Origin: Telmatocola sphagniphila | GTDB lineage: Bacteria > Planctomycetota > Planctomycetia > Gemmatales > Gemmataceae | Reading direction: 5' to 3' | NCBI RefSeq assembly: GCF_018398935.1 | Contig: NZ_CP074694.1 | Coordinates: forward strand, 3,270,001 to 3,302,000 | Length of the DNA stretch: 32,000 nt | Shown: positions 17,752-26,449 of the stretch, piece after piece | Numbering within the stretch: the stretch's first letter is position 1 | How the letters are laid out: each line of letters starts with the position of its first letter | Position numbers and translations under genes: made by a program | Notes under the pieces: generated by a model | The model's input: the letters and a program-made list of their open reading frames with translations, nothing else | What the model was told of the DNA's origin: nothing | The model's database searches: none

Positions 17752-18072
17752 TTATTTTAAAAGCTGGCTCCGGGTGAAGACTTGCTGGCACCCCAGGCTA
17801 CGGGCTAATTTCAGCCGCTCTGCATCGACATGCGAGCCGTAGGCTATGACCTCCGGCTTGCCGGAGAGCAGAGAAAATTCGTTCATCAGAGCTTCGAGTT
17901 GCAACAGCGGATGCTGCAGATCGATGATTACCTGCTCTAGCTCGGAATTGGACAAAAGCGATTTGAGCATTTCGTAACTTCTGCACTGAATCGCGGACTT
18001 ACCCCGCTGACGAGCATCGGCGATCAGCTTGCTCGAATCAATCAGGTCATCGGAAAGAATCAGAACGTTCAT
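17752..18072 (-). CDS. Small divergent receiver (REC/CheY)-like single-domain protein
   Basis: 106 aa. The alternating beta/alpha pattern is NVLILSDD (acidic pair), QVIIDLQ (Asp at the predicted phospho-acceptor position), EVIAYGS and QQVFTRS. The conserved Lys-Pro of bona fide receivers is not evident. The start codon overlaps the P-II stop (ATGA). Confidence 0.4.
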   Translation of the reverse strand: MNVLILSDDLIDSSKLIADARQRGKSAIQCRSYEMLKSLLSNSELEQVIIDLQHPLLQLEALMNEFSLLSGKPEVIAYGSHVDAERLKLARSLGCQQVFTRSQLLK

Positions 18073-18416
18073 ATGGCTTCCGGTCCCCGTTCGCCGGTTC
18101 GAATTCGGATCACATCTTCCAGAGGCAGTATGAAAATTTTACCGTCCCCGATGCGACCTTCCACACCCGATCGCCCCGCTTCCATGATGGCATTCACCGT
18201 CGGTTCCACGAAATCTTCGTTCACGGCGATCTGAAGTTGCACTTTACGCACCAGATTCGTGGCCACTTCATGGCCGCGAAACATTTCCGATCTGCCTTTT
18301 TGCCGACCAAAGCCCTGGACATCAACGATGGTTAAGCGGAACACTTCAACCTTGTTGAGGGCTTCCTTCACCGCTTCCAATTTTTGCGGCTGAATAATCG
18401 CCAGGATCAGTTTCAT
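18069..18416 (-). CDS. glnB: P-II family nitrogen-regulatory protein
   Basis: 115 aa, alignable throughout to GlnB/GlnK (MKLILAIIQPQKLEAVKEAL...VQGFGRQKG...IGDGKIFILPLEDVIRIRTGERG). Confidence 0.9.
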   Translation of the reverse strand: MKLILAIIQPQKLEAVKEALNKVEVFRLTIVDVQGFGRQKGRSEMFRGHEVATNLVRKVQLQIAVNEDFVEPTVNAIMEAGRSGVEGRIGDGKIFILPLEDVIRIRTGERGPEAI

Positions 18417-18512
18417 GCTCCAACCACTCCAATTAGTCGCGGGATTCAGCTGGGAATCTCAACAGGCAATCCTTGAAAGCTTACTATCTCGAAATCGGGA
18501 TTGGAATGTGAA

Positions 18513-20156
18513 TTAACAGCTTTGCAATACGACGCCTTCTTGCAGATAGCTATCATCTACGGCAAAGTTATCGAATTGAATCGAATAGTTGTCCTGAAAC
18601 CAGTTCCGAAAATGCGCCAGCCAGCCGTCATCAAAGCTGGGATTCACGGCATGCAGCAGCCCAAAGGGGATGTGTCGAAATTCGCCGTTCTCACAGACGA
18701 TTTCGCCCGCTTTGAGGACCATGCGAGGCAGCTCGAAAGTTTGTTTCCAGGTAGGATGCGGCGAATATAGGGTGATATCCGCGTCGGCGCCGACTCCGAG
18801 TTGCCCTTTATCCTTCAGACCTAGAAGTCTGGCCGGGGAAGCTCGTGTGATAATTGCAATCTCGTTGAGAGTGTATTCTCGTTCGAGGCTCGGTAACACA
18901 CATCGACCTGCAATACTCGCCGGAAGTTTGGTGAGGACTTCTCGACGGTAATCCCGACTCATGAGCAGTTGAATCATCTCGGGGTATGCGAGGAACACCC
19001 CGCCATTGGGATGATCGGTACTCATGGCGATCCGCCAGGGATCCTGCATGAGCAGATACCACTCCAGACCGATGATCCATTGCAAAGCGTGGATGAGGCT
19101 GCGCTGCTTATATTCGATGGGAACGATGCCGCAGCCGGCCTCGCACTCGGTTTCGCTGTTGAACCACTTTTTGCCCGTCACTCGATGCAGGAAATATCCG
19201 AGCGCACCGTCTCCGGTCATCGAAGTCGTTTTGCCAAAATTCACATGACCGACATCGATGCTGATATTCCGATGGGAATTCACATAATCGACTAACTCGG
19301 ACACTCGCGAGCAGAAACCTTCACCGTTCGGCTCGCCACCATAACTGTGAAACTGAACATGTGTCAGGTGGGCCCGGCGACCTTCCAGAGCTCTCATCGT
19401 TTCGAGAGTGGTTCGCCAGTTCCCGGCTATCCCCAACTGATTGCCATGGATGTGAACCGGATGGGGCAAATTCAGGTCGATGGCCGCTTGGGCAACACCA
19501 GTAATAATTTGTCTGGGAGTAATGCCGAAGCCGTCCACAACCGTATCGAGTTGTGTATCGTGTCCGGCCCCCTGTTTCCATCGCTCCACCCCGCCGGGGT
19601 TGACGATTTTCAGGGCATAGCCCTTGGTCGCGTTCAACAGCCAACCCGCGTATGCCGAGAGCACTTCCTGCTCCTGGGCCGCAATCAGTTTCATCGCATA
19701 GTGATTGTTACCCAGCAGAATGAAAAATCCCTTGTCGATTACGGGCGTGTCGCGAAACTCCTCGTGAGCGTGGCGGGCTCCCAAGGGTGGGATGGCCGCA
19801 TCGAAGGCCGTGGTATAACCCAGGCCCCCGTAAAGATAGCCTGTTGTAAATGTGGTAGGCGTCGATCCGCCTGTACCCGAACGGAGCAGGTCGGTTTTTG
19901 GATAGACGGCATTCCGGCGATCTTCCGGACGCATCTTTCGGGAGAAATTCACCTTGGGTCCGGCGATATGACTGTGCATATCGATGCCGCCGGGAAAAAC
20001 GAGTTGCCCGGAGGCATCAATAGTTCGAGTGGCCTTTTTCCGGCCGCGCGGCGGAGCGACAATCTTACCTGCTTCTACCCAGATGTCGGACACTATGCCA
20101 TCGATCCCGTTGGCGGGATCGTACACCGTGCCATTCGCAATGCGCAAAAGAGACAT
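18513..20156 (-). CDS. fhcA: Formylmethanofuran dehydrogenase subunit A / formyltransferase-hydrolase complex subunit A-like amidohydrolase
   Basis: 547 aa. MSLLRIANGTVYDPANGIDG...IDASGQLVFPGGIDMHSHIAGPKVNFSRKMRPED closely follows the FwdA/FhcA N-terminal pattern, including the HxH metal motif. Confidence 0.75.
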   Translation of the reverse strand: MSLLRIANGTVYDPANGIDGIVSDIWVEAGKIVAPPRGRKKATRTIDASGQLVFPGGIDMHSHIAGPKVNFSRKMRPEDRRNAVYPKTDLLRSGTGGSTPTTFTTGYLYGGLGYTTAFDAAIPPLGARHAHEEFRDTPVIDKGFFILLGNNHYAMKLIAAQEQEVLSAYAGWLLNATKGYALKIVNPGGVERWKQGAGHDTQLDTVVDGFGITPRQIITGVAQAAIDLNLPHPVHIHGNQLGIAGNWRTTLETMRALEGRRAHLTHVQFHSYGGEPNGEGFCSRVSELVDYVNSHRNISIDVGHVNFGKTTSMTGDGALGYFLHRVTGKKWFNSETECEAGCGIVPIEYKQRSLIHALQWIIGLEWYLLMQDPWRIAMSTDHPNGGVFLAYPEMIQLLMSRDYRREVLTKLPASIAGRCVLPSLEREYTLNEIAIITRASPARLLGLKDKGQLGVGADADITLYSPHPTWKQTFELPRMVLKAGEIVCENGEFRHIPFGLLHAVNPSFDDGWLAHFRNWFQDNYSIQFDNFAVDDSYLQEGVVLQSC

Positions 20157-20215
20157 GCAGTTGTATTATGGATTGTTTCAGAATTCGCTGCGTGTAAGCC
20201 CGGATCGGTTACGCT

Positions 20216-22090
20216 TTAATGCGCATTAATTTCGAAATCGATACTGAGTTTTCGAAATTCGGCGATCGAAGAAATCCGGCCTGCGATCGCTTGGGCTTCC
20301 GTGGCATCTCGGCAATCAAATTTGATTTTTACTTCGCCCTTGTTGCTGACCAACGCTACCAGATTCTGAGCACTTGGCCCAGCTACGGTGCGGATCTTTT
20401 CCACCCACTGCCATGGCATCAGCGTGTAGGTGGTATTGAGTGCCGGTAACACTTCCGGTGCCGAAGGTTGCGGCTTGCTGGTCATGCTGGCTGGAATGAC
20501 TTTTGATTCTTGCGCGGGCCGCTTCGCGATATCGGCAGCCGCGTTATTGAGTCGAGTCGCATTTGCGGCCGCAGCTGATGGTTGGGGAGCCGTCGGTTCG
20601 ATGGCTGGCTGCCAACGCACGGTTCTGTCGTCCGCCTGGAAGATCGCCAGAGCCCGATTGCCCTGTGCGGGAGAAGCTGTAGGCGAACCGATGACGCGAT
20701 TCTGGCCAACAGGAGCTGTAATCACTCGCGCTTCGGGCCTGTCTTTTTCGGGAACCGCCGTCCAATCGCTTGGTGCGGATTTGAGCACGGCTGTTGGATT
20801 GATCGAAGGCTCTGCAATTCTCTCACTTGTGATGGCGCTGAAAGTGTGGCTTTCAACCACCGCAGGTTTACTGACTTTCGGCAATTCCAAGACGGAGCTG
20901 GATGATTTCGTTTCGGCCGCTTTAACTTCTGGTAAAACGATTTCCGGCGACGTGAGAATGCCACCTCCCGAGGAAGGAACGAGAGTCCCGGGCAAGAAGG
21001 TCGATTGACGAGGTCCGGCCACAGGAGCCGATTTGGGAAGAGCAACTGCAGGTTTAGCTACTTCCACCGCCTCAACGGACGGAACCGTATCCGGTAATCG
21101 GCTCGGCATGCCTGGCGGCAGCTGGGGCTCGCTTTGAGTCAGGATTACACCGAGCGACGGCGATTTTACCGTGCTGGCGGGCGGGGGTGGAGAGACCGGT
21201 GCCTTCAAACCCGTGGCCTGATCGGCCGCTGGACCATTCGATCGCGATTCCACCACGACGATAGTCTGCTGGGATTGAGTCGGCTGATTTGGTACAGCCA
21301 GTTCCGATTTGCTCGGCGGAACATAACGCGTACCGTTGGTGAGAAGTTGGATGGGCGCATTGCCACCCATCCGCTCTTCATAGATCGACCAGCGCGTTTG
21401 AGCGATGCCCATCCCCTTACCGAAGAAACCTTCTTCCACGGGAACCACCGAGTTCGGCTTGGGCATTCCAGTGGTGACTGGGCTCGTGGCGGGTTTCGTA
21501 ACGGAACTCGTGAGAGGTGTAGCCGGAGTGGACTGCGGGTTTTCCAGCTTCTGAATATCGCGGATTGGCGGATAATCGTTGAGTAAATCTTTCGTCGAGA
21601 TATTCGTCGAACTCGGTATCAGTGCGGGCGCCCCAGGGGTGGTCTTCGGCGGAATGGGTGGAATCGGCTTTAGTTCAAAGGCCGTCTTCGCCGGCGCTGA
21701 ATCTGCCTTGGTTTCCTCTTTAGGCTTAGTCGGCGGTGGCTGCAAATCTTCCAGTTTCGCGGGAATAGTCTTAGGATCGCTTCCCGCATCCGGAGTGATG
21801 AGGCTGGGAATTGATTTATCGCTGGCTGGTTTCACATCGCCAGGGAATTCGGACAGATCGAGCGGCAGCGGATCGACGTACTTGCTTTTGGCCTGGGGCT
21901 TCAAAAGAATGGCCGCGGGTGGCTTCTCATCAGCCCAGGATAAGGAAGAGAGCAGTAAGCATGTGGAAAGAGTCAAAGCGCTGAACCGTCGAACGGGTCG
22001 CTTCTGCGACAAGGATGTTCGGTTGAGTTTCACTTCGGACCCCTTCGGCAATACACCTACAGCTCGGCGCGGGACGGATTCTGCCCGCAT
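20216..22090 (-). CDS. Secreted Pro/Ser/Thr/Ala-rich low-complexity protein with a small globular C-terminal domain
   Basis: 624 aa. It has a signal-like segment (RRFSALTLSTCLLLSSLSWA). About 500 aa are P/S/T/A-rich. The last ~75 aa are non-repetitive (TYTLMPWQWVEKIRTV...KIKFDCRDATEAQAIAGRISSIAEFRKLSIDFEINAH). I recognise no family. Confidence 0.55.
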   Translation of the reverse strand: MRAESVPRRAVGVLPKGSEVKLNRTSLSQKRPVRRFSALTLSTCLLLSSLSWADEKPPAAILLKPQAKSKYVDPLPLDLSEFPGDVKPASDKSIPSLITPDAGSDPKTIPAKLEDLQPPPTKPKEETKADSAPAKTAFELKPIPPIPPKTTPGAPALIPSSTNISTKDLLNDYPPIRDIQKLENPQSTPATPLTSSVTKPATSPVTTGMPKPNSVVPVEEGFFGKGMGIAQTRWSIYEERMGGNAPIQLLTNGTRYVPPSKSELAVPNQPTQSQQTIVVVESRSNGPAADQATGLKAPVSPPPPASTVKSPSLGVILTQSEPQLPPGMPSRLPDTVPSVEAVEVAKPAVALPKSAPVAGPRQSTFLPGTLVPSSGGGILTSPEIVLPEVKAAETKSSSSVLELPKVSKPAVVESHTFSAITSERIAEPSINPTAVLKSAPSDWTAVPEKDRPEARVITAPVGQNRVIGSPTASPAQGNRALAIFQADDRTVRWQPAIEPTAPQPSAAAANATRLNNAAADIAKRPAQESKVIPASMTSKPQPSAPEVLPALNTTYTLMPWQWVEKIRTVAGPSAQNLVALVSNKGEVKIKFDCRDATEAQAIAGRISSIAEFRKLSIDFEINAH

Positions 22091-22321
22091 CCTTCATCGT
22101 CCGCGTCTGGCGATAGACTTGAAGGAAAATCGAATTAATCCGGAGAGGTTACCCATTTTAAAGTTAAATTTGTAGGATTTCATCAGATTGGCTAAAGACG
22201 GAAAGCCAGAGAGTTGACGGGGAACGGAAAAATTTGCTTGCGACAATTGACTCGTGAACTATCCTATAGAGTAAGTCCTACGAACTATTCGTAACTGTAG
22301 CCGCCTAGGTGTGCGACTGTT

Positions 22322-23164
22322 ATGCCGACTCTCAAAGAACTCTTTTCCGGATTGCGACCCAGACGTTATGGCCGTAAGCCGCATCTCGTACTTCTGAACG
22401 GCTTGGCCGAGCAGCATGAGTCCTGGTTTCGCAATGCGAAACATTGGGCTCGCTATTTCGAAGTCCATAAGCCCAATATCCTCGCGTACGAGGGCGATGC
22501 TTTTCACAAACGCATTAACGACGGTTTACCGATTTCCGTCGATTACCTGGTCGAGCAATTAAAACTCTACCTAGATCAGTTTGTGCAGAATCCGCCTTAC
22601 CACCTCGTCTCCAGCTCGTTGGGCGGTAAGGTTGCGGTGGAATTTGCTGTACGTTACCCCGAACTGGTCGGCCGCGTAGTTCTCATCTGCCCGTCCGGGA
22701 TGGGGGATGTTGAGCAACTTCCGATCATGGAAGGCGTCCGACACAACGATCATGAATCCTTGGTCCGCAGCGTCTTCAACAGTACGCGCAACCTCGAAAA
22801 AGGCCTGCTGAAATATTACCGCAGAATGTTCTCCAGCAAGAAGTGGAAGAAGGGCTTTATCCGTACAGTCAAAGGTACCAACGACCATTCTGTGCGAGAA
22901 CAGCTGAAATTACTGAAGCCCATGACACTTTTCGTCTCTGGAGAACTGGACCGCATTGTCGATCCCAAAGAGGGGGCCCGGGCAGCCCAGGAAATTCCCA
23001 AGGGTCAGTACATCGAAATCCCCAACTGCGGCCATGCCCCGCAAATTGAAAAATCGGCCTATATTAACCGATTAGTCATCCATTTCTTGACTCACCCGCG
23101 TCCAAATTGTAAGCAGACAATGCTACAACTGTTGATTAAGAAACCTTCCCGAGTACATTCATGA
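22322..23164 (+). CDS. Alpha/beta-fold hydrolase
   Basis: HLVLLNGLAEQHESW forms the oxyanion region. The nucleophile elbow is LVSSSLGGKVA. The C-terminal catalytic His is in NCGHAPQIE. The stop overlaps the next start (ATGA at 23161-23164). Confidence 0.8.
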   Translation: MPTLKELFSGLRPRRYGRKPHLVLLNGLAEQHESWFRNAKHWARYFEVHKPNILAYEGDAFHKRINDGLPISVDYLVEQLKLYLDQFVQNPPYHLVSSSLGGKVAVEFAVRYPELVGRVVLICPSGMGDVEQLPIMEGVRHNDHESLVRSVFNSTRNLEKGLLKYYRRMFSSKKWKKGFIRTVKGTNDHSVREQLKLLKPMTLFVSGELDRIVDPKEGARAAQEIPKGQYIEIPNCGHAPQIEKSAYINRLVIHFLTHPRPNCKQTMLQLLIKKPSRVHS

Positions 23165-23811
23165 TCCCCGGCTCCACAAATTCTCCTAACAACGGAACCA
23201 AGAAGTTGGGCAAATCTTCACTTTCTGACTGGTGGCTGGTTTTCTCGAAATTCCGCAAGCACGGGTCCAAGATCGCCACCATGATCCCGAGTTCGAGATT
23301 TCTCTCGAGAAAAATCATCAAAGGGATCGATTTCGATAAAGCCAAGTGCATCGTCGAATTGGGTGCCGGCACAGGCCCCATCACCCAGGAACTCCTCAAG
23401 CGGGTTAAACCGCACACCAAGCTTCTGATCATCGAGAAAGACGCCGATTTCTGCAATCGGCTCCGGGAACGGTTCCCCTCCTCGCAAAATCCCAATGCGG
23501 AAATTATCGAAGGAGATGCGGCCCGACTCGATCAGATTCTGGCCGAGCGAGGTTTGGAGACCGCCGATCACGTAGTTTCGGGTCTTCCGCTGCCCTCAAT
23601 TCCGGAAAACATCCGCTACGACATTATGGCCTCCTCCATGCGAGTCCTGGGCCCTAATGGTACCTTTCGGCAGTTGACTGTAATGCCCTGGGTCTACCGT
23701 CGGCTGTACAAGAAGTATTTTGGCACGGTGAAATTCGATCTGGTGCCCCTGAACTTCCCTCCTGCAGGCGTCTACTTCTGCCAGGGTTTCCGATTTTCCA
23801 ATGCCTCGTAA
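23161..23811 (+). CDS. Class I SAM-dependent methyltransferase (COG3963 phospholipid N-methyltransferase-like / rRNA adenine dimethylase-like)
   Basis: MIPSSRFLSRKII precedes motif I, VELGAGTGPITQELL. The later VVSGLPLPSIP block is typical of this subgroup. Confidence 0.7.
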   Translation: MIPGSTNSPNNGTKKLGKSSLSDWWLVFSKFRKHGSKIATMIPSSRFLSRKIIKGIDFDKAKCIVELGAGTGPITQELLKRVKPHTKLLIIEKDADFCNRLRERFPSSQNPNAEIIEGDAARLDQILAERGLETADHVVSGLPLPSIPENIRYDIMASSMRVLGPNGTFRQLTVMPWVYRRLYKKYFGTVKFDLVPLNFPPAGVYFCQGFRFSNAS

Positions 23812-23823
23812 GATCGCTAGACC

Positions 23824-25389
23824 TTGAAATTCATCGAACTATTGACCGGTAATCTGGTATCGCGCCGAGTTGCCGAAACCGGATTGCTGAAATACTCCCG
23901 ACGTCGAGTCAAAAAGCTCGACGAGATGAAGGTTCCTGAAGTCCAGCAGGAAACCTTACTCCGACTGGTGAGTTACGCTTCCGGCACATTATTCGCCCGC
24001 GATCACCGCTTTCACGAAATCAACTCGATTGAAACGTTTCAAAAAAACGTCCCGGTTCGGGAGTATGAATTCTTCTGGGACCGCTACTGGAAAGACGCTT
24101 ACCCACGCCTGGAAGGGCTGACTTGGCCGGACAAGATCCCGTATTACGCCCTTTCTTCGGGTACCACCAGCGGCAGCACCAAGTATATTCCGATCTCGCA
24201 TCAGATGATTGCCTCCAACAAAAAAGCGGCGTTCACTCTGCTGTCATTTTTTAAGAATGCGTACCCGGAATCCCGGATTTTCAACGGCAAAGTTTTCTTC
24301 CTGAGTGGTAACACCGACATGAAGGAACTAGCCGACGGCAGCCGGGCAGGCGATCTCTCGGCTGTCGCCGCACGAGAGGTCTGGCAGGGAATTCGCCCCT
24401 ATACGTTTCCGCCCATGGAACTCGCTCGGATTCCCGACTGGGAAACCAAGGTTCAGAAACTGGCCGAAGCGGCGGCCCGGGAGCCGATTACCGCCATCAG
24501 TGGCGTCCCTTCCTGGATTCTGTTTCTCTTCGATCGACTCAAAAAAGTCACCGGCAAGAATACCATCGCCGACATCTGGCCGCTGTTACGGCTAGTGATC
24601 CACGGTGGAACTCGCTTCGATCCCTATCGCGAACTGTTCCAAAAAGAAATCGGCAGCGATCAGGTCCAATTCGTGGATACTTACCCGAGTTCCGAAGGGT
24701 ACATTGCCACCGAAGACCCTCGCTATAAACTGCTGCGAGTAATTCCCGACTGCGAAATCTTTTACGAATTCATTCCTTTCGACGAACTCGGCAAAGACAA
24801 TCCGACCCGCCATACCCTGGCAACAGTTGAAACGGGCGTGAATTATGCAGTTGTGTTGACCAGTTGTGCAGGGATGTGGGCTAACCTGCTGGGCGATACA
24901 GTCGTCTTCGAAAAACGGGATCCTCCCCTCCTGCGATTCAGTGGTCGAACGAAATATTTCCTCTCCGCATTTGGCGAACACCTTATCAGCGAAGAGATCG
25001 AAAAAGCGATCGCAGAGGCTGCGCGGCAAACCGATGCCGTCTATTCCGATTTCCACGTTGGGCCGATCTTCTCGACCGACCCATCGGAACCGGGCACGCA
25101 TCGCTATCTGATCGAATTTCGTCGTAAACCGAAGGACATGAACAGCTTCATCAAAATCTTCGATGACTATCTCAAAAACATAAACGAGGATTACGAAGCC
25201 CACCGGAAAAACAACCTCACCATGCGTCTACCGGTGGTCGATATCGTGAAGGAGAACGGCTTTCTCGAATGGATGCTGGCCCACGGCAAACGACCGCCCC
25301 AGCACAAAGTCCCCCGGATGGATAACACCGGGAAACTGACCGAATCCATGCGCAGTTGGTTTTCGTCCCATCAGTGGCTCGACCAATAG
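23824..25389 (+). CDS. Bacterial GH3-family acyl-adenylate-forming enzyme (GH3 auxin-responsive promoter family)
   Basis: 521 aa. YYALSSGTTSGSTKYIP is the GH3/ANL phosphate-binding motif, and YPSSEGYIA and LLRFSGRTKYFLSAFGEHL are further family blocks. The only start giving a full-length N-terminus is the TTG at 23824. Confidence 0.8.
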   Translation: MKFIELLTGNLVSRRVAETGLLKYSRRRVKKLDEMKVPEVQQETLLRLVSYASGTLFARDHRFHEINSIETFQKNVPVREYEFFWDRYWKDAYPRLEGLTWPDKIPYYALSSGTTSGSTKYIPISHQMIASNKKAAFTLLSFFKNAYPESRIFNGKVFFLSGNTDMKELADGSRAGDLSAVAAREVWQGIRPYTFPPMELARIPDWETKVQKLAEAAAREPITAISGVPSWILFLFDRLKKVTGKNTIADIWPLLRLVIHGGTRFDPYRELFQKEIGSDQVQFVDTYPSSEGYIATEDPRYKLLRVIPDCEIFYEFIPFDELGKDNPTRHTLATVETGVNYAVVLTSCAGMWANLLGDTVVFEKRDPPLLRFSGRTKYFLSAFGEHLISEEIEKAIAEAARQTDAVYSDFHVGPIFSTDPSEPGTHRYLIEFRRKPKDMNSFIKIFDDYLKNINEDYEAHRKNNLTMRLPVVDIVKENGFLEWMLAHGKRPPQHKVPRMDNTGKLTESMRSWFSSHQWLDQ

Positions 25390-25396
25390 ATGCCAC

Positions 25397-26449
25397 ATGC
25401 CCTCTGATTCCCGGGCTATAATCGGCTGCCTTCTGGGAACCGCGGCAGGCGATTCCCTGGGATTGCCTTACGAAGGGCTAACTCCTCAAAGGGCCGCTCG
25501 AATCCTGGGAGTTCCGCTAAGACAGCGATTCCTCTTCGGCTACGGAATGGTATCGGATGATACCGACCACACTTGTCTCGTCGCAGAGTCGCTGCTGCTC
25601 TCCCAGCAAAATCCCGAACTATTTTTGAGGCTTCTGTCGCGCCGACTGCGTTTTTGGCTCCTCAGCCTGCCCGCAGGTGTCGGTAAAGCCACCGCTCTGG
25701 CCCTTTTCAAGAGTTGGTTGGGCTTTGGGGTTAAAACCAGCGGGGTCTATTCCGCTGGGAATGGACCGGCCATGCGGTCCGCCATTCTCGGAGTACTCCT
25801 CTCCGATAAACAGCAACTTGCAGAGTTTGTTCGCCTCTCGACGCGAATCACCCATACCGATCCCAAAGCCGAGTGGGGAGCCTTGGCCATAGCCCTGGCC
25901 GCGCGGCAAAGTGCTGACCTGCAGTGCGATGGCCGACTGCTACTGAACGATCTGAAAGCTTTAACGGGCGGTTCGGAAGCCGAAGAATTACTGACTAGCT
26001 TGCAGCAAGTGATCGATAGCGTCGGATTGGGCGAAAAAACGGAGCGATTCGCTCATTCGGAAAATTTGTCGGCGGGAATTACCGGCTACATGTACCACAC
26101 GGTTCCCATGGTACTTCATGTATGGCTGAGTCATCCCACGGATTATCGCAGGGCCATTCAGGAAATCATACTTTTAGGTGGCGATGCCGATTCCACCGCG
26201 GCGATTCTCGGTGGGATTATTGGAGCCCGTGTCGGCAAAGACGGGATTCCCCGAGAATGGCTAAAGATTCTTGCTTGGCCCCGAGACCTCGCCTGGATGG
26301 AGAAATTGGGGGAGGAATTGGCTAATAAAGCGGACTCAAAGATAACTGCTCGCCGGAGCTTTAGCGTTCTGGCAACCCTGCCCCGAAACCTGATATTCCT
26401 GGCAGTAGTACTGGTGCACATTTTTCGAAGGTGTCTGCCGCCCTATTGA
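25397..26449 (+). CDS. ADP-ribosylglycohydrolase-family protein with C-terminal hydrophobic helix
   Basis: GCLLGTAAGDSLGLPYEG, VSDDTDHT and LLGGDADSTAAILGGIIGARVG are the metal-binding Asp motifs of the ARH/DraG family. The tail LATLPRNLIFLAVVLVHIF looks like a membrane anchor. Confidence 0.85.
   Translation: MPSDSRAIIGCLLGTAAGDSLGLPYEGLTPQRAARILGVPLRQRFLFGYGMVSDDTDHTCLVAESLLLSQQNPELFLRLLSRRLRFWLLSLPAGVGKATALALFKSWLGFGVKTSGVYSAGNGPAMRSAILGVLLSDKQQLAEFVRLSTRITHTDPKAEWGALAIALAARQSADLQCDGRLLLNDLKALTGGSEAEELLTSLQQVIDSVGLGEKTERFAHSENLSAGITGYMYHTVPMVLHVWLSHPTDYRRAIQEIILLGGDADSTAAILGGIIGARVGKDGIPREWLKILAWPRDLAWMEKLGEELANKADSKITARRSFSVLATLPRNLIFLAVVLVHIFRRCLPPY

Noticed and set aside
12627-22090. 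A run of eight consecutive minus-strand genes (the Pro-rich gene to ilvB) considered as one super-operon.
   Set aside because: The functions are heterogeneous and several gaps (96 nt, 59 nt, about 44-86 nt depending on the marR start used, 40-88 nt) can hold promoters. This is more likely co-orientation with replication than a single unit.
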